Positions 39,601 to 52,639 of a DNA stretch of 64,000 bases are shown here, piece by piece. Within the stretch, counting starts at the first letter, position 1. Each line of letters starts with the position of its first letter. Below the pieces are notes generated by a model. The model saw only the letters and a program-made list of their open reading frames with translations, did not search any database and had not been told where the DNA came from. A program made the translations under genes and the position numbers. Source of the stretch: the human T2T-CHM13v2.0 reference genome, Homo sapiens; NCBI RefSeq assembly GCF_009914755.1, contig NC_060929.1; one strand, written 5' to 3'.

Positions 39601-42600
39601 CAACCACAGAATAGACATTCTTCAAACTTGCACATGAAACATGTTTTAAGATCAGCTATATTCTTAGTCATAGGGCAAACCTCCATAAATTAAAAAGCTT
39701 GAAATCATACCATGTACACTCTTGAACACAGTGCAATCAAAATAGAAGTTAACAGCAAGAAGATTTCTCAAAACAACACAAATACACAGAAATTTAAAAA
39801 CTTATGCCTGAATAACTCCTGGGTGAACATCAAAATTAAGGCAGAAATAAAAATTCTTTGAAATTAATAAAACTAGAGACACAACTTACAAAAATATCTG
39901 AGATGTAGCTAAAGCAGTACCAAGGGGAAAGTTTATAGTCCTAAATGCTTTTATCAAGAAGTTAGAAATGTCTCAAATTAACAATGTAAGTTTGCACCTG
40001 AAGAATCTAGGCAGAAAAAGAAAATACCAAACCAACTCTGAAGCTAGCAAGAGAAAAGAAATAACTAAAATTAGAGAACTTACTGAAATTGAGATGCAAA
40101 AATCCGCATAAAACTTCAATGAAAACAAGAGTTGGTGATTTGAAAAGACAAATAAGATTGATAGAGATCCCCTGGCTTGGTTAACAAATACAAAGAGAAG
40201 ATCCAAGTAAGCACGATCAGTAATGACAAAGATGATACTACAACTGATCACTCAGAAACACAGAAGATCCTCAGATACCACTATGAACAACTCTATGCTC
40301 AAAAATTTAAAAATCTAGAGGAAATGGATAAATTCCTGGGAGCACAAAATCTCCCAAGATTGGATCAGGAAGAGTTTGAAACCCTGAATAGACAAATACC
40401 AACTTCTGAAGAACCTACCAACGAAAAGAAACTGCGGGCCAGATAGATTCATAGCCAAATTCTACCAGACATACCAAGAAAAGCTAATACCAATTCTACT
40501 GCAGCTATTCCAAAAATTGAGGAACAAGGACCCCTTGCTAACTCATTCTATGAATCCAACATCAGCTTTATGCCAAAATTTGGCAGAGACACAACAAAAA
40601 AAGAAAACATCAGACCAATATCTCTCATGATTATATATGCAAAAGTCCTCAACAAAATACTAGCAAATTTAATCCAGCAGCACATCAAAAAGTTAACACA
40701 CCACAATCAAGTAGGCATTATTCCTAGAATGCAAAGCTGATTCAACATGCACACATTAATAAATGTGATTTACCGCATAAACAGAACCAAAAGCGAAAAC
40801 CGTATGATCATCTCAATAGATGCGGAAAAGGCATTTGATAAAATCCAACATCCCCTCATGACAAAATCCTCAAAAACCTAGGCATCAAAGAAACATACCT
40901 CAAAATAATAAGAGCCATCTTCGACAAACCCACAGTAAACATCCTACTGAATGGACAAAAGCTGGAAGCACTCCCCTTGAGAACTGGAGCAAGATAAAGA
41001 TGTCCACTCACACCACTCTTACTCAACACAGTACTGGAATTACTAGACAGAGCAGTCAGGCAAAAAAAAAAAAAAGTTATAAAAGGCATCTAAATAAGAA
41101 AAGAAGTCAAACTGTGTCTCTTCATTGACGATATGATTCTGGACCTAGAAAATCCTAGAGACTCTGACATAAGGTTACTAGTATTGATAAAGGATTTGTA
41201 TTCAGTAAAGTTTCTGGATACAAAATTAAGGAACAATAATCAGTAGCATTTTTACTCAACAACAACTGAGAGTGAAATCAGGAACACAATCCCACTTACA
41301 ATAACCACAAAGAAAATAAAACACCTAGGAATACAGCTAACCAAGGAGGTGAAAGATCTCCATAAGGAGAACTACCAAACACTGCAGAGAGAAATCAGAG
41401 ATGACACAAATAAATGGAAAAACATTTCATGCTCATGAATTGGAAGAATCAATGTCATAAAAATGGCCATGCTGCCCAAAGCAATTTACAGATTCAATGA
41501 TATTACTATCAAACTATCAATGTCATTCTTCACAGAATTGGGGAAAAAAGTATGCTAAAATTCACATGGAACCAAAAAAGAGCCTGAATTGTGAAAGCTA
41601 TCCTAAGTAAACAGAACAAAGCCAGAGGCATTGCACTACCTTACTTCAAACTGTAGTATAAAGCCAGAGTAATCAAAACATTTTGTACTGGTACAAAAAC
41701 AGGCATGGAGAAAAATGGAACAGAATAGAAGACTCAGAAATAAAGTCACACACCTACAATCATCTGATCTATGACAAGGCTGATGAAAACAAGCACTGGG
41801 GAAAGGACTCCCTATTCAATAAATGGTGCTGAGATAACTGGCTAGTCATATGCAGAAGACTGAAGCCACACCCCTTCCTTTTGCCATATAAAAAATTAAT
41901 TCAAAATGGATTAAAGATTTAAATGTAAAACCTCAAAGTATAAAAATCCTGGAAGACAACCTAAGAAATACTCTTCTCGACATCAGTCTTGGCAAGAAAT
42001 TTTTAACTAAGTCTCTGAAAGAAATCACAACAAAACCAAAAATAAAGTGGGACCTAATTAAACTAAAAATCTCCTGAACAGAGAAATAAACTATCAACAG
42101 AGCAAACAGACAACCCACAGAATGGGAGAAGATATTTGCAAACCATGCATCTGACAAAGGTATAATATCCTGATTTTGTAGGTTACTTAAACAAATTAAC
42201 AAGTGAAAACCAAATAATCCCATTAAAAAATGGACAAAGGATACTAACAAACCCTTCTCAAAACAAAAAAAAGACATATAAGGGGCCAATGAACATATGA
42301 AAATATGCTTCGCATGACTAATCATTAGAAAAATGCAAATCAAAACCACAGTCAGATACCGTCTCAGACCAGTCAGAATGGCTATTATTAAAAGAACAAC
42401 AGATGCTGGTGAGGCTTGGGAGAAAATGTAACACTATACACTCCTGATGGAAATGAAAATTAGTACAGCCACGGTGAAAAGCAGTGTGAACATTTCTCGT
42501 GTAACTTACAATAGAGCTACCATTTGACCCAGCAATCTCATATTAGATATATACCCAAAGAAAATAAACCATTTTCCCAAAAAGATACATGCGCTTGTAT

Positions 42601-43107
42601 GTTCATTCCTGTGCTATTCACAATAGCAAAGACATGTAATCAACCCAGGTGCCCACCAATGATAGATCAGATAAAGACAATGTGGTACATATATACCATG
42701 GAATTCTACACAGTCATGAAAGAATGAAATCAAGTCCTTTGCAGCAACATGAATGGGGCTGGAGGTCATAATTCTATGCAAATTAATGCAGAAACAGAAA
42801 ACCAAATACCACATGTTCTCACTTATAAGTGGTAGCCAAACATTGAATACAAATGGACAAAAATATGGGAACAGTAGTTATTGAGGACTACTATGGAGGA
42901 TGGGGAGTGTGTGAATTAAAAGAAACTACCTACTGGGGACTATGCTCACGTTTGGAGTGTCAGTATCTGTACTCCAAGCGTCAACATCATGCAGTATTCC
43001 CATGTAACAAGTCTGCATGTGTACCCTGTATCTAAAATAAATATTAAGAAAAACAGCAAAAAATCACACAAAAAATAAAAACAAAAACAAACAACAAATC
43101 TAAAAAA
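36617..43107 (+). mobile_element. Full-length (~6.5 kb) L1PA16/17-L1PB4-era LINE-1 with decayed ORF1 and ORF2
   Basis: ccaagatgg 5' start; ORF1 MRKNQHKNSGNSKSQS at ~37959; ORF1 C-terminal ARTLQAGRDWGPVF..ISYPAK; endonuclease WIKRQDPTIFCLAETHL; 3' UTR and long A-rich tail. Confidence 0.93.
37567..37596. repeat. (CAA)n microsatellite in L1 5' UTR
   Basis: Direct read. Confidence 0.95.
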
Positions 43108-44081
43108 TATTTGTGAAGTTTTTACTCTCCTTGTTTCAACCCCCTTGGGCATGGCGGCACTTTTGAAGAGAGATGTCCACATTCCCAGAGTAATACTCTG
43201 GTCTCTGGTTGTGGAGGAACCAGAACAGACTCTATTTGCAAATTATTTTGTGTGTGTATTCTCACCTGTATGAAGGCCACTTGAGGGAGTGACGTAAGGC
43301 ACTCATATCTGTTTCAATTAATTTAGAATCCAGGCCAGGAAGCAAGCACTGGACATTGCTCAAAAACACTGCAAGCCAACCCAATAACCTGCAGACTCCT
43401 GTGGCAAAGAACACGCTGAAACATGCAATAGACTACCTGTAGCTTGGGAGTAAAAGCTAGAAAGAGTTCCTTTGGGAAGCTAAGACATTCAAAAGCACGT
43501 TCATATGAGGAGAAATTTAGGAGGCTGTGCTCAGGTCCAGAGCAAGACAAAATGCTTAGAAAAATCTAGGAAGACACAAACCTATCATTTTTAGTTGATT
43601 CTTAGTCTCAGTACAAGCCTGGTAAAGTGCTGAAGGAGCATCCCCTTCAGACTCGGAAAAGTGTTTTTTTGTTTGGTTGGTTGGCTGGTTTTAGCTGTTG
43701 GCATTATCCTTCAAAGGAAATCTCTGTTAAAACACTGGGTAAACACTAACTAAGGTACAGAGACGTTTTTGACTACATACAACGGATACAGCCTTTACAA
43801 AAATAGTTTGAAAAAGACACTAAGCAAATTGACTACTATAGCTTTCCATTGAAACAACCACAGGCAACAACAAAATAACAACAAACTCTGGGGAAGGGAG
43901 AAAATCTAATTTCTAAAATTACTTCATTACAATATTCAAATGTCCACCTTTAACAAAAGTATCACAAGGTGTACAAAGTAACAGAAAAATATGCTGATTC
44001 AAAGTAGTGAAATATGTGGATTCTCTCTAATGGAGCCAAAACTTTGGACTTACAAGACAATAACTTTAAAATAACCGTCTT

Positions 44082-44225
44082 GCAATGGATCTGTTAATAA
44101 GCCTGATTTAGCCATTCTACAATGTATACATATATGAAAACATCATGTTGCACAGCATAAATGTATACAACCTTATTAGTCAGTTATAAATAATTCAATA
44201 TGTAAATAAAATTTTTAAAACAAAA
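44082..44225 (+). mobile_element. Short L1MA5/6-like 3' tip inserted in L1MB ORF1
   Basis: gatttagccattctacaatgtatacatatatgaaaacatcatgttg; TSD aaaataaccgtctt / aaaacaactgtgtt. Confidence 0.8.
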
Positions 44226-46989
44226 AACAACTGTGTTAAGTATGCTAAACTCTAAACATTAAAAGAAAACATTAACAAATAACTGTGGGAAATCAGGGAA
44301 ATAGTATATATACAAAATAAGAATATTAAGAAATATAAATTTTAACAAAGAAACAATCAGAAATTCTGGAGCTAAAAAGCACAATAACTAAGCAAAAAAA
44401 AATCAGTGTACTTGAAGATAATACAAACGAAATGATTAATTCTGAGAGGCAGAAAGAAAACAAGGGTGAAAAAATGAACAGAGCATAAGGGGATTATAGA
44501 GCACCACCAAGGACACCAACAAATGCATTATGGGAGGCCCAGAAGACAAAGGATGGGGGAAGAAATATGATGTAATAATGGCTGAAAACTCCCAAATTTA
44601 ATAAAGACATGAATCTACAACCAAGAAGACATACAAACATAAATAGGATGAATTCAAGAGACTCACCAAATTTACAACCAAACTTGAAAGGAGCAAGAGA
44701 GGAGCAACTCATCACATACAAAAGATTCTCAATAAGATTAACAGCAATTTATCAGCAAAAACCAAGAAGGCAAGAAGACAGTGTGGTGATATATGTAAGG
44801 TACTGAAAAAAATTATCTACCAAAAATTTTAATTTGGCAAAATTGTCCTTTAAAAATTAGGGTAAAATTAAGACATTTCAAAGTAAACAAAAGCTGAGAG
44901 AATTCATTATCACTGGAACCGCCCCACAAGGAATGCCAAAGGGAGTCCTTCAGGTTAACATGAAAGGGCACTGAACAGTAATTCAATGCCATATGAAGAA
45001 ATAAGAACCTCTGGTAGAGACAAATATATGGACCAATACAAAACCAGTATTATTGTATTTTTGGCTTATAACTCTACTTTTCTTTCATACAGATTTTAAA
45101 AGAGAGATACATAACAAATTATATAAAATTAATGTTGTGTGAAAAATGAATAAAGACAGATTATAACAACGTATGTGTGGGATGTATGAGACTTTATATG
45201 TACAGAATGTTTTATGTTACTGAAATTAAGTTGGTATCAATTTGAACTAGATTGTCATAAATTTAGGGTATTAAATGTAACACGTGTGGTAACCATTAAG
45301 AGAAAATCTAAAAGGTATAGAGAAAATGATTGAAAGGGAAACTATGGTTTACTGAAAATAAAACAACTAAATATAAAATATGTCAGTAATGGAGGAAATG
45401 AAGGATGGAAAATCTGTAAGACATACAGAAAACAAACTCATACATCTACGGCATATTTACTTTTGACAAAGGTTATCAAATTTATTCAATGGCAAATTAA
45501 CAGCCTCTTCAACAAATGATGTTAGGACCACTGGATATTCACATGCAAAATAATAAAACTAGACTCCTATCTCAAACATATATGAAAATTCACTTAAGAT
45601 GCATCAATCTCCTAAATATAAAAGCTAACCCTAAACTGTTAGGAGAAAATATAGAGGTAAATATTAATTACTTTGAATTTGACAATAGATTTTTAGATAT
45701 GACAAAAGCATGAGCAACAAAAGAAAAAAACAAATAAATAGGGCTTTATAAATGACAACAAATGAACAAAAATATTTGCAAATTAAAGAACATTAGGAAG
45801 AAAGTAAAAAAAACTTACAAAATAAAGAAAATATTTGCAAATTATATATTTGATAAGAGATAATGATCCATCCAGATTGTACAAAGAATCCCTTCAACTC
45901 AACACCAATAACAATCTAATTATAAAATAGGCAAAGTATTTGAATAGACATTTATTTAAAGAAGCTATGTAAATAGCTTATAAGCACATTAAAATGCTCA
46001 ACATCATTAGTCGTTATGGAAATGCGTATCAAAACCTTGCTGATGTATCATGCCATACTTACAAGGTTGAAAATAATTTTTGAAAATGGGGAATAACAAG
46101 TATTAAGCTATGGAGAAGTTGGAAACTTCCTTCATTGCTGATGGGAGTGTAAAACAGTGTAACCTCTGTGGAAAAGTTTGGCAGTGTTAAAAAATAGTAA
46201 ACAGAATTACCATATAACACAGTAATTCCACTCATAGGTATATACACTAGAAATAATTGAAAATAGAGACTCAAACAGACACTTGTATGTTTATTATAGT
46301 ACTATTCACAAAAGCCAAAAACTGGAAACAACAGATGAATGGATAAATAAAGTGTAGTATGTATGCACAATGGAATAGCATTCAACAATAAAAAAAATTA
46401 GATTCTGATACATGTTGCAACATGGATGATCTTTAAAAACATTATGCTAAGTGAAGCTAGACACAATAGGACAAATATAATTCTATGTATAGGAAATATT
46501 TTAAATGGCCAGTTCATAGAAGTTTAGAGCTTACTAGGGTCTGAAGGAACAGGGAATGGGGAGTTATTGCTTAATGTTATAGTGTTTCTGTTTGGAGTAA
46601 TATAAACATTTTGTACATAGATAGTGGTGATGGTTGCACAACATTGTGAATATAATTAATACCACTGAACTGTGCTTAAAAATAGTTAAATGGCAATTTT
46701 ATGCCACATATATTTCACTAAAATAAAAACTACTTTAAAACACACTATTGAAGAAAGCAAGCTCACTTCACTAGCCAAGAAGATTTAGTAAATTAATCCA
46801 TTCCTGATAAATGTCACATTTAAACTGAGTCTATATTCTGTTATTATTTTTAGTTCAAGGTAAATAAATGGATTGCGTGATACAAATAGACAAAGCAAAT
46901 GGAGGCAAAGTGATATATTGCCAGGTGTTATGACCACATCTTTGCTCAATCATAGTTAAGTGTCTATTCTAAACATACTCTAATAAAAC

Positions 46990-47391
46990 TGAGAGGTGGT
47001 CTATGTCACCTCTCAGATTAGATTTTGAAGCCTGAAGTTCCCATCTTGTTTCTCTATCTCCCTGTCTCTCTCTCTCTCTGTTTTGTTCTCTCTCTCATTA
47101 TTCACTTTGGGGAAAGCAACCACCGTGTCTTCAGAACACTCAAGGCATCCCTATGGAGACAGCTCAAGGCAGCAAACTGAGGCATCAACCACCAGGCCAG
47201 TGAGTAAATGTGTCTTCAGATGCAGTCCCAGCTGAAGCCATGTCTGCAACCTTACCATGACCCTGAGTCAGAAACATCCAGCCGAGGTACACCTGGATTC
47301 CTAACACCCATAATCTGTGCATAATAAATATTTGCTATTTTAAGTCAAATTTTGGGGTCTTTCATTTTGCAGCAATGGATAGCTAATTCAT
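46990..47391 (+). mobile_element. MLT1F-like LTR, 3' part
   Basis: tatgtcacctctcagattag...ggggaaagcaaccacc...acactcaaggcatccctatggaga...ccctgagtcagaaacatccagc...aataaatattt...gcagcaatggatagctaat. Confidence 0.8.
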
Positions 47392-50332
47392 AACTTATTC
47401 TATATCCACAACTTAAGATTTAACACTTGTGTACTACTCAATATTTTGTTTTAGAAGCATAAAATCAGTTAAGTGAAAAAATAATAAAAAGGTTTCATTG
47501 TAATAATTTATTTTATTATTTTTCAAACAAGAACCTAAATAATTTTTTTTATACATTTTTCTGCTTATTGTTTCTCTGAATAGGGAACATTCAAAAAGTA
47601 TTATTATATGTGATTTAAAAGCTAATCAAGGAACACTAACTTTCCTTTTTTATTCACATTTTACAATTTTGTGAGGTTAATTGCAATGTAAAACACTGTA
47701 ATAAATGTTCCAGTGATTGTTTGCTTGGCGCAAGTGATCTGTAAAGAAATTACAGAAATTAGTTTAAAGTGATCATGTAAAATATTATCAGACACATACT
47801 TGAAATATCCATTCATCAACAAGAAATTTTCATTGGAGTAGATGTTATACACTCTAATTTCCACGCAATTTATTATGATGGTTCACAAATTATTAAAAAG
47901 TTACTTTATTTTAGAATCAAATAATAGCTTAATATTAATTTTCTGTAAAATTAATAGTGGCAGAAGTAAGCAATAATGTTCCCATAAGGTGGAAACTACT
48001 AATATAATACTTAAGGGAAATAAGGTTCCCACATTAATTGAGCATTTATAAATGCATTAAATGAATTTCCATGTGATGGAATTTAACAAAAGTAGTGTTT
48101 AGTTAAACAACCCAAACAATTCTCAGGTCAAAGTGCAAGTAAAATTATAAAACCCAAAGATGTGATTAATATGCCCTTGGATCTGAGTAATAAAGATAGG
48201 AAATAGATTTTGTATTTGAAAAAAATATATTATCAATGTTATATTAAACCTTCATGTACGTGGAAACAGAGCATGTAAAATTTTATAAAACTCTTCAATT
48301 CAGTGTTAATTGGTTTTCCATTCCACAAAACGATACTTGCTATAAGATGGACAAAAATTCTGTTTTTATAAACAGTGTTCCAAAGCAATATAGTAACATA
48401 AAAAACAACAAAAGGAAAGTATTAACCCCTTAGTTCAGATCATCATCGCTAAAACTGTACTTAAGAACGTGTTGGGAAGATTAATTTGGATGTGTCTGTA
48501 TAACTGAGGGTCACAAATGTATTTAATGAACATGATGATGGAAATGCAAGTGAATGCCACACTCATACAAAATTATTGAAGGTGTATAAATTACTGTCTC
48601 TTTGTAAAAGCCTTCTTGATAAATATCAGAGAGGTGTTATTTATGAACTCACCGATGAAAAAGGCAATATACTGCAAGAGGATAGCAAAATAAAGGACAG
48701 ATAGAAACTAAAGACAGATGGTAGATTTTTAAGAGTGGCTGTTGGGAGAATGGATAGTGAATAGCAGAAGTTAAGGAGGGCAGTGTGAATGATGGTGATT
48801 GTGTTTGATTATAAACTTACAGGGAAAATCGCTGTTTGAATGGAATGAGTGTTTTTTTGTAGTGGGAGGTGGGTAGTGCCTGGAATGGGTGCCGGTGCTG
48901 TAAGCAGTAGGAAAGTTAGGTGGCTAGTGGCTGAAGTGAACTGTAGTGGTGTTTCTACAATGGCAGCAATCCTTTCATTTATTCTGGAAAGGACACAAGG
49001 CTTTCAAGAATAACAGACACAGCTTTGTAAACTCCAGGGACTGAAGATTATCTAAATTATAACAAAAAAGCAGAATGCTGTATTTCTAGTTCAAGATGGT
49101 GATCCACTCCACATAAAGTCCAAAGACATCGACAGTAGCTATGTCTATCTACAATCTGAAACACATGGGAAAGCTTAGAGCAGAAGAATGAATATGAGAA
49201 GGTCACAGATTTGCCATGAATGCCTGTATGATTGAATACGGATAGAAGCATATTGATAAAACACTGAAACTAAAATATGACATATGATTTAAAATAAATA
49301 TGGAGTTTAGAAAAAGAAATTTATGTGCCATTGGCCCTATAAATTAGTATGTGTTCCAGATTATTTTATGATGGTGAAAAACAGGGACACAATTGTTATT
49401 CTAACATATTATCTTACTCTATTGTAAAAACTATAGAGTTAAATATTAAAGCTTCTTATTCTTTTTTAAATACTCAAGGTAATAATAATGCTGTGGCTTT
49501 TTAAAAGATATGCATGCTTATTTTGAATATGTTAAGAAATATATAAGTAAAGAACGGGAAAAAAAAAAAGCCCAGGAATACTCCCACTGAGAAATAATTG
49601 TCATTATTGTGGTACAAAATTCCATATCTCTCTATTTGTAAAAATAAGATGACAGGAGTTAAAACTGAGTGCCTGCTTTTAAACTATGATAAACAAAATA
49701 TGTTAAATTTTATTGAATTTGGCAGAAATTGATGTAAAATTAAGAACTTAAAGTAAATATTTCTCAATGATAGTTATTAGTCCTAGAATAATCTTCTGTA
49801 ATAATGAGAAAAAAATGGCAAGCAGTGTCTTCTTTTCTTAATTTCTAAAATAATTACAATTGTATCTTACATTATCCATTGATTTCCAGATTAAAACAAA
49901 AAAAATAAAAAACAAAGTAAACACATGTACATTCTGTTCACCTCATCCATTTCCCATTTTGTCACATGATCAATGTTTAATCATTTTAGTCTTTTTTGTT
50001 TTTTCTATATGTACCTTACTTTAATGTTCACCAGTGGTCAATTTTCAAGAGATCCTAATTCTAGATTTTTTGTTAACGTGGTAGCAGTAACAGAGTATTA
50101 TGTTAACAAGACTTCAATATTCAAGATTCAATGTTGTCATTTGTTTCCATGAATAATTCATGGTTGCCATATTCCCTGAGTTCGGTTTACTTTAAAATGT
50201 TTGCTAATTTAGAACTGGAAGGTCAAATTTTTCATATATAAAACCTTAGTGGCATAAGTTCTCAAAGATTATATGAGCACTGTTATTACCTTAGAAAAAC
50301 TTGGAATTAAATTTAAACTTAGCCCTATTTCT

Positions 50333-50651
50333 TTCTTTCTTTTCTTTTCTTTTCCTTTTTTTTTTTTTTTTTTTGAGGAATCTCACACTGTTGCCTGGGC
50401 TGGAGTGTGATGGCACCATCTTGGCTCACTGCAACCTCCGCTTCCTGGGTTCAAACCATTCTCCTGACTCAGCCTCCTGAGTAGCTGCGATTACAGGCGT
50501 GCACCACCATGACCAGCTAATTTTTTTATTTTTAGTAGAGATGGAGTTTCACTGTGTTGGCTAGGCTGGTCTCGAACTCTTGACCTTGTGATCTGCTCTC
50601 CTCAGCCTCCCAAAGTGCTGGGGTTACAGGTGTGAGCCACCATGCCTGGCC
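50333..50651 (-). mobile_element. Alu (AluSg/Sc-like)
   Basis: Full antisense Alu; 19-bp TSD taaacttagccctatttct / taaccttaaccctaattct. Confidence 0.97.
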
Positions 50652-50964
50652 TAACCTTAACCCTAATTCTAAAGTAATCCCTCAAATCAACCTCTTCATT
50701 GCAGTAAATAATTTTCCCCTATTTCCAGCCTCATCACTGATTCTTACATAGTGCTTACTCTAATAAACAAAGGATTTTCAAATCTTTTACTTATTTTAAA
50801 TGAATTCTAATTTTTTCTTCCTTGAGCTGGATGTTTGTAATCTTAATGTAGGGAGAAAAGACTAAACTATTTTAAATTCTAATAGTCAACTTAACCTTCC
50901 CACATCCTGTCCAAACACTAAAAATAACCAAGCTCATATAGTTAATATTTTCTTGTCTTAAATT

Positions 50965-51120
50965 GTGCTAACCTAGAAATAGTCTGTGAGACAAAGATTT
51001 GAGTGGAAGAAGTTCATTTTGAAGGGATTTGGATTTCAGGAAGCATGTTTAAATGGGGGGTTACTGAGCTGTATCTAACAATTATCAAACCCATCCCTAC
51101 TGGGAGTTATTTAGGTCTAG
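50965..51120 (-). mobile_element. Old ERVL LTR fragment
   Basis: gtctgtgagacaaagatttgagtggaagaagttcattttg...caggaagca resembles an antisense old-ERVL-LTR motif. Confidence 0.4.
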
Positions 51121-51230
51121 TCTCACTTCAAGATAGCTGTCAATTACCATTTTAAGAGGTCCTAGTCCTATGTTAATAAAGAGCTTAGCAAATGTTCTCC
51201 AACCACTATGATAGTTGAGGTTAAAAGTAG

Positions 51231-51613
51231 TGTCTTAGTTTTCTGTTGCTATAACAGAATACCACAGACTGGGTAATTTATAAATTAAAAAAAAGTTTAT
51301 TTGGCTCAGAGTTCTGGAGGCTGGGAAGTCCAAGAGCATGGTGTTGGTATCTAGTGAGGGCCTTCTTTCTGTGTTAGCCCATGGTGGAAGTGCAAGTGAG
51401 CACAGAAGCCAGAGAGAGAAAGCAAGACAAACTCCATCCTTTTATCAGAGGAACCCACTTCTAAATACCCCATTCTCCCAATAAAGGTATTAATCTAATC
51501 ATAAGAGTAGAGCCTTCATGGCCTAAGTGCCTCTTAAAGGCCTTACTTCCTAATACTCTTACAAGGGCAATTAAATTTCAAGATGAGTTTGGAGGTGAAA
51601 GCAAACCAAAGCA
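51231..51613 (-). mobile_element. MSTC/MSTD-like MaLR solo LTR
   Basis: tgtcttagtt...gctataacagaataccacagactgggtaattt...caaaccaaagca; TSD agtag / aatag. Confidence 0.9.
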
Positions 51614-51792
51614 AATAGGAAAGTATGTGGTGAGTGTTAAGTAGCGTACTGTGGGTGCTACTTAATGCAAGCATTTAGACATTATTTTATGACCCAAAGG
51701 AAAAGGGAGTTATTATAAAGACAACATGGCACCTCTTCTTTCTTTCTTCTCTCTCTTTTTTCCTGATACACTATGAGAATCTGTTTTGAATA

Positions 51793-52246
51793 TTTCAAAA
51801 CAAAATTAAAACAAACTGTCATAAATCTAATTGGCTTTTATTCTTGATTCATGAGTTGGGGCAGCCTCCATTCTAAAGAACAGAATGAGATCTTTCAAAG
51901 AACAATAGCTGAAACGTGGCTTTTGTAAGGCGAGATAAGGAAATAGAACAATAGAAAAGTAGTTGATTGATTAACATCAAGTTACTTCAGGTTACTTGGT
52001 TTTTGTAAGGGTTAAAGCAAAGAGAACTTCCTTTTCATGCTGAATCAGGTAGACCTGAATCTCCTGTTTTCAGAAAATAATAAAAAAAAACTGATCTGTT
52101 ATGGGATTTATCTGCTTTCGTAAAATTTCACTTTGCTTATTTGGCATTTAGCTTGAGTGACTACATTTTGGTTTGGTCAGGTCTGTTGGGGCCTGGTTCT
52201 GGAGCTCAGTCCAAAAAAACAGGCCTTCCATATAATTTGTTTAATG
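51793..52246 (-). mobile_element. MER67-family ERV1 LTR
   Basis: gagtgactacattttggtttggtcaggtctgttggggcct...gagctcagtccaaaa...ttgtttaa is the antisense MER67 5' end. Confidence 0.75.
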
Positions 52247-52284
52247 ATAGTATAATTCTATACTATGATTATTCTAACTACCTC

Positions 52285-52482
52285 CATATTATGGCATCTC
52301 AGATTTTGGTATGCATAACTGCCATCTCAAGTTTTGTTAAAATGCACATTATCAGATATTTCCTCTAGGGCATTTGATTGAACTGTACCTGTATGAGGCC
52401 CAGGACGCTTCAGTTCTAATATCTGCCTCCAGATAATTTTGATACAAGTGGTGCCTGGATCACATTTCAGGAACACTGTGTA
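52285..52482. mobile_element. MER5A-like hAT-Charlie MITE
   Basis: ttgttaaaatgcaca...gaggcccagga...gatacaagtggtgcctggatcacatttcaggaacactg. Confidence 0.65.
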
Positions 52483-52639
52483 GCATATTTCAGGGATATT
52501 TACATTTCAATTGAGAATACTAAAAAATAAACAGTTTTTCTCTTTACTTTCCATAAATTCCAATATGAGAAGTAAAACTATTAATATTTCAGCTAAGTCC
52601 CACACTCTTATGTTGACCTTCACTTTATCCTCACTTACC

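Larger units (their letters stand above)
36439..46740 (+). mobile_element. L1MB4-like LINE-1: 5' end 36439-36616, resumes ~43108; ORF1 remnant; most of ORF2 deleted at ~45435; 3' UTR to 46740
   Basis: ORF1-like LKGAREEQLITYKRFSIRLTA (ORF 44609); L1MB 3' UTR gagttattgcttaatg...gatagtggtgatggttgcacaacattgtgaat...aataaaa. Confidence 0.8.
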
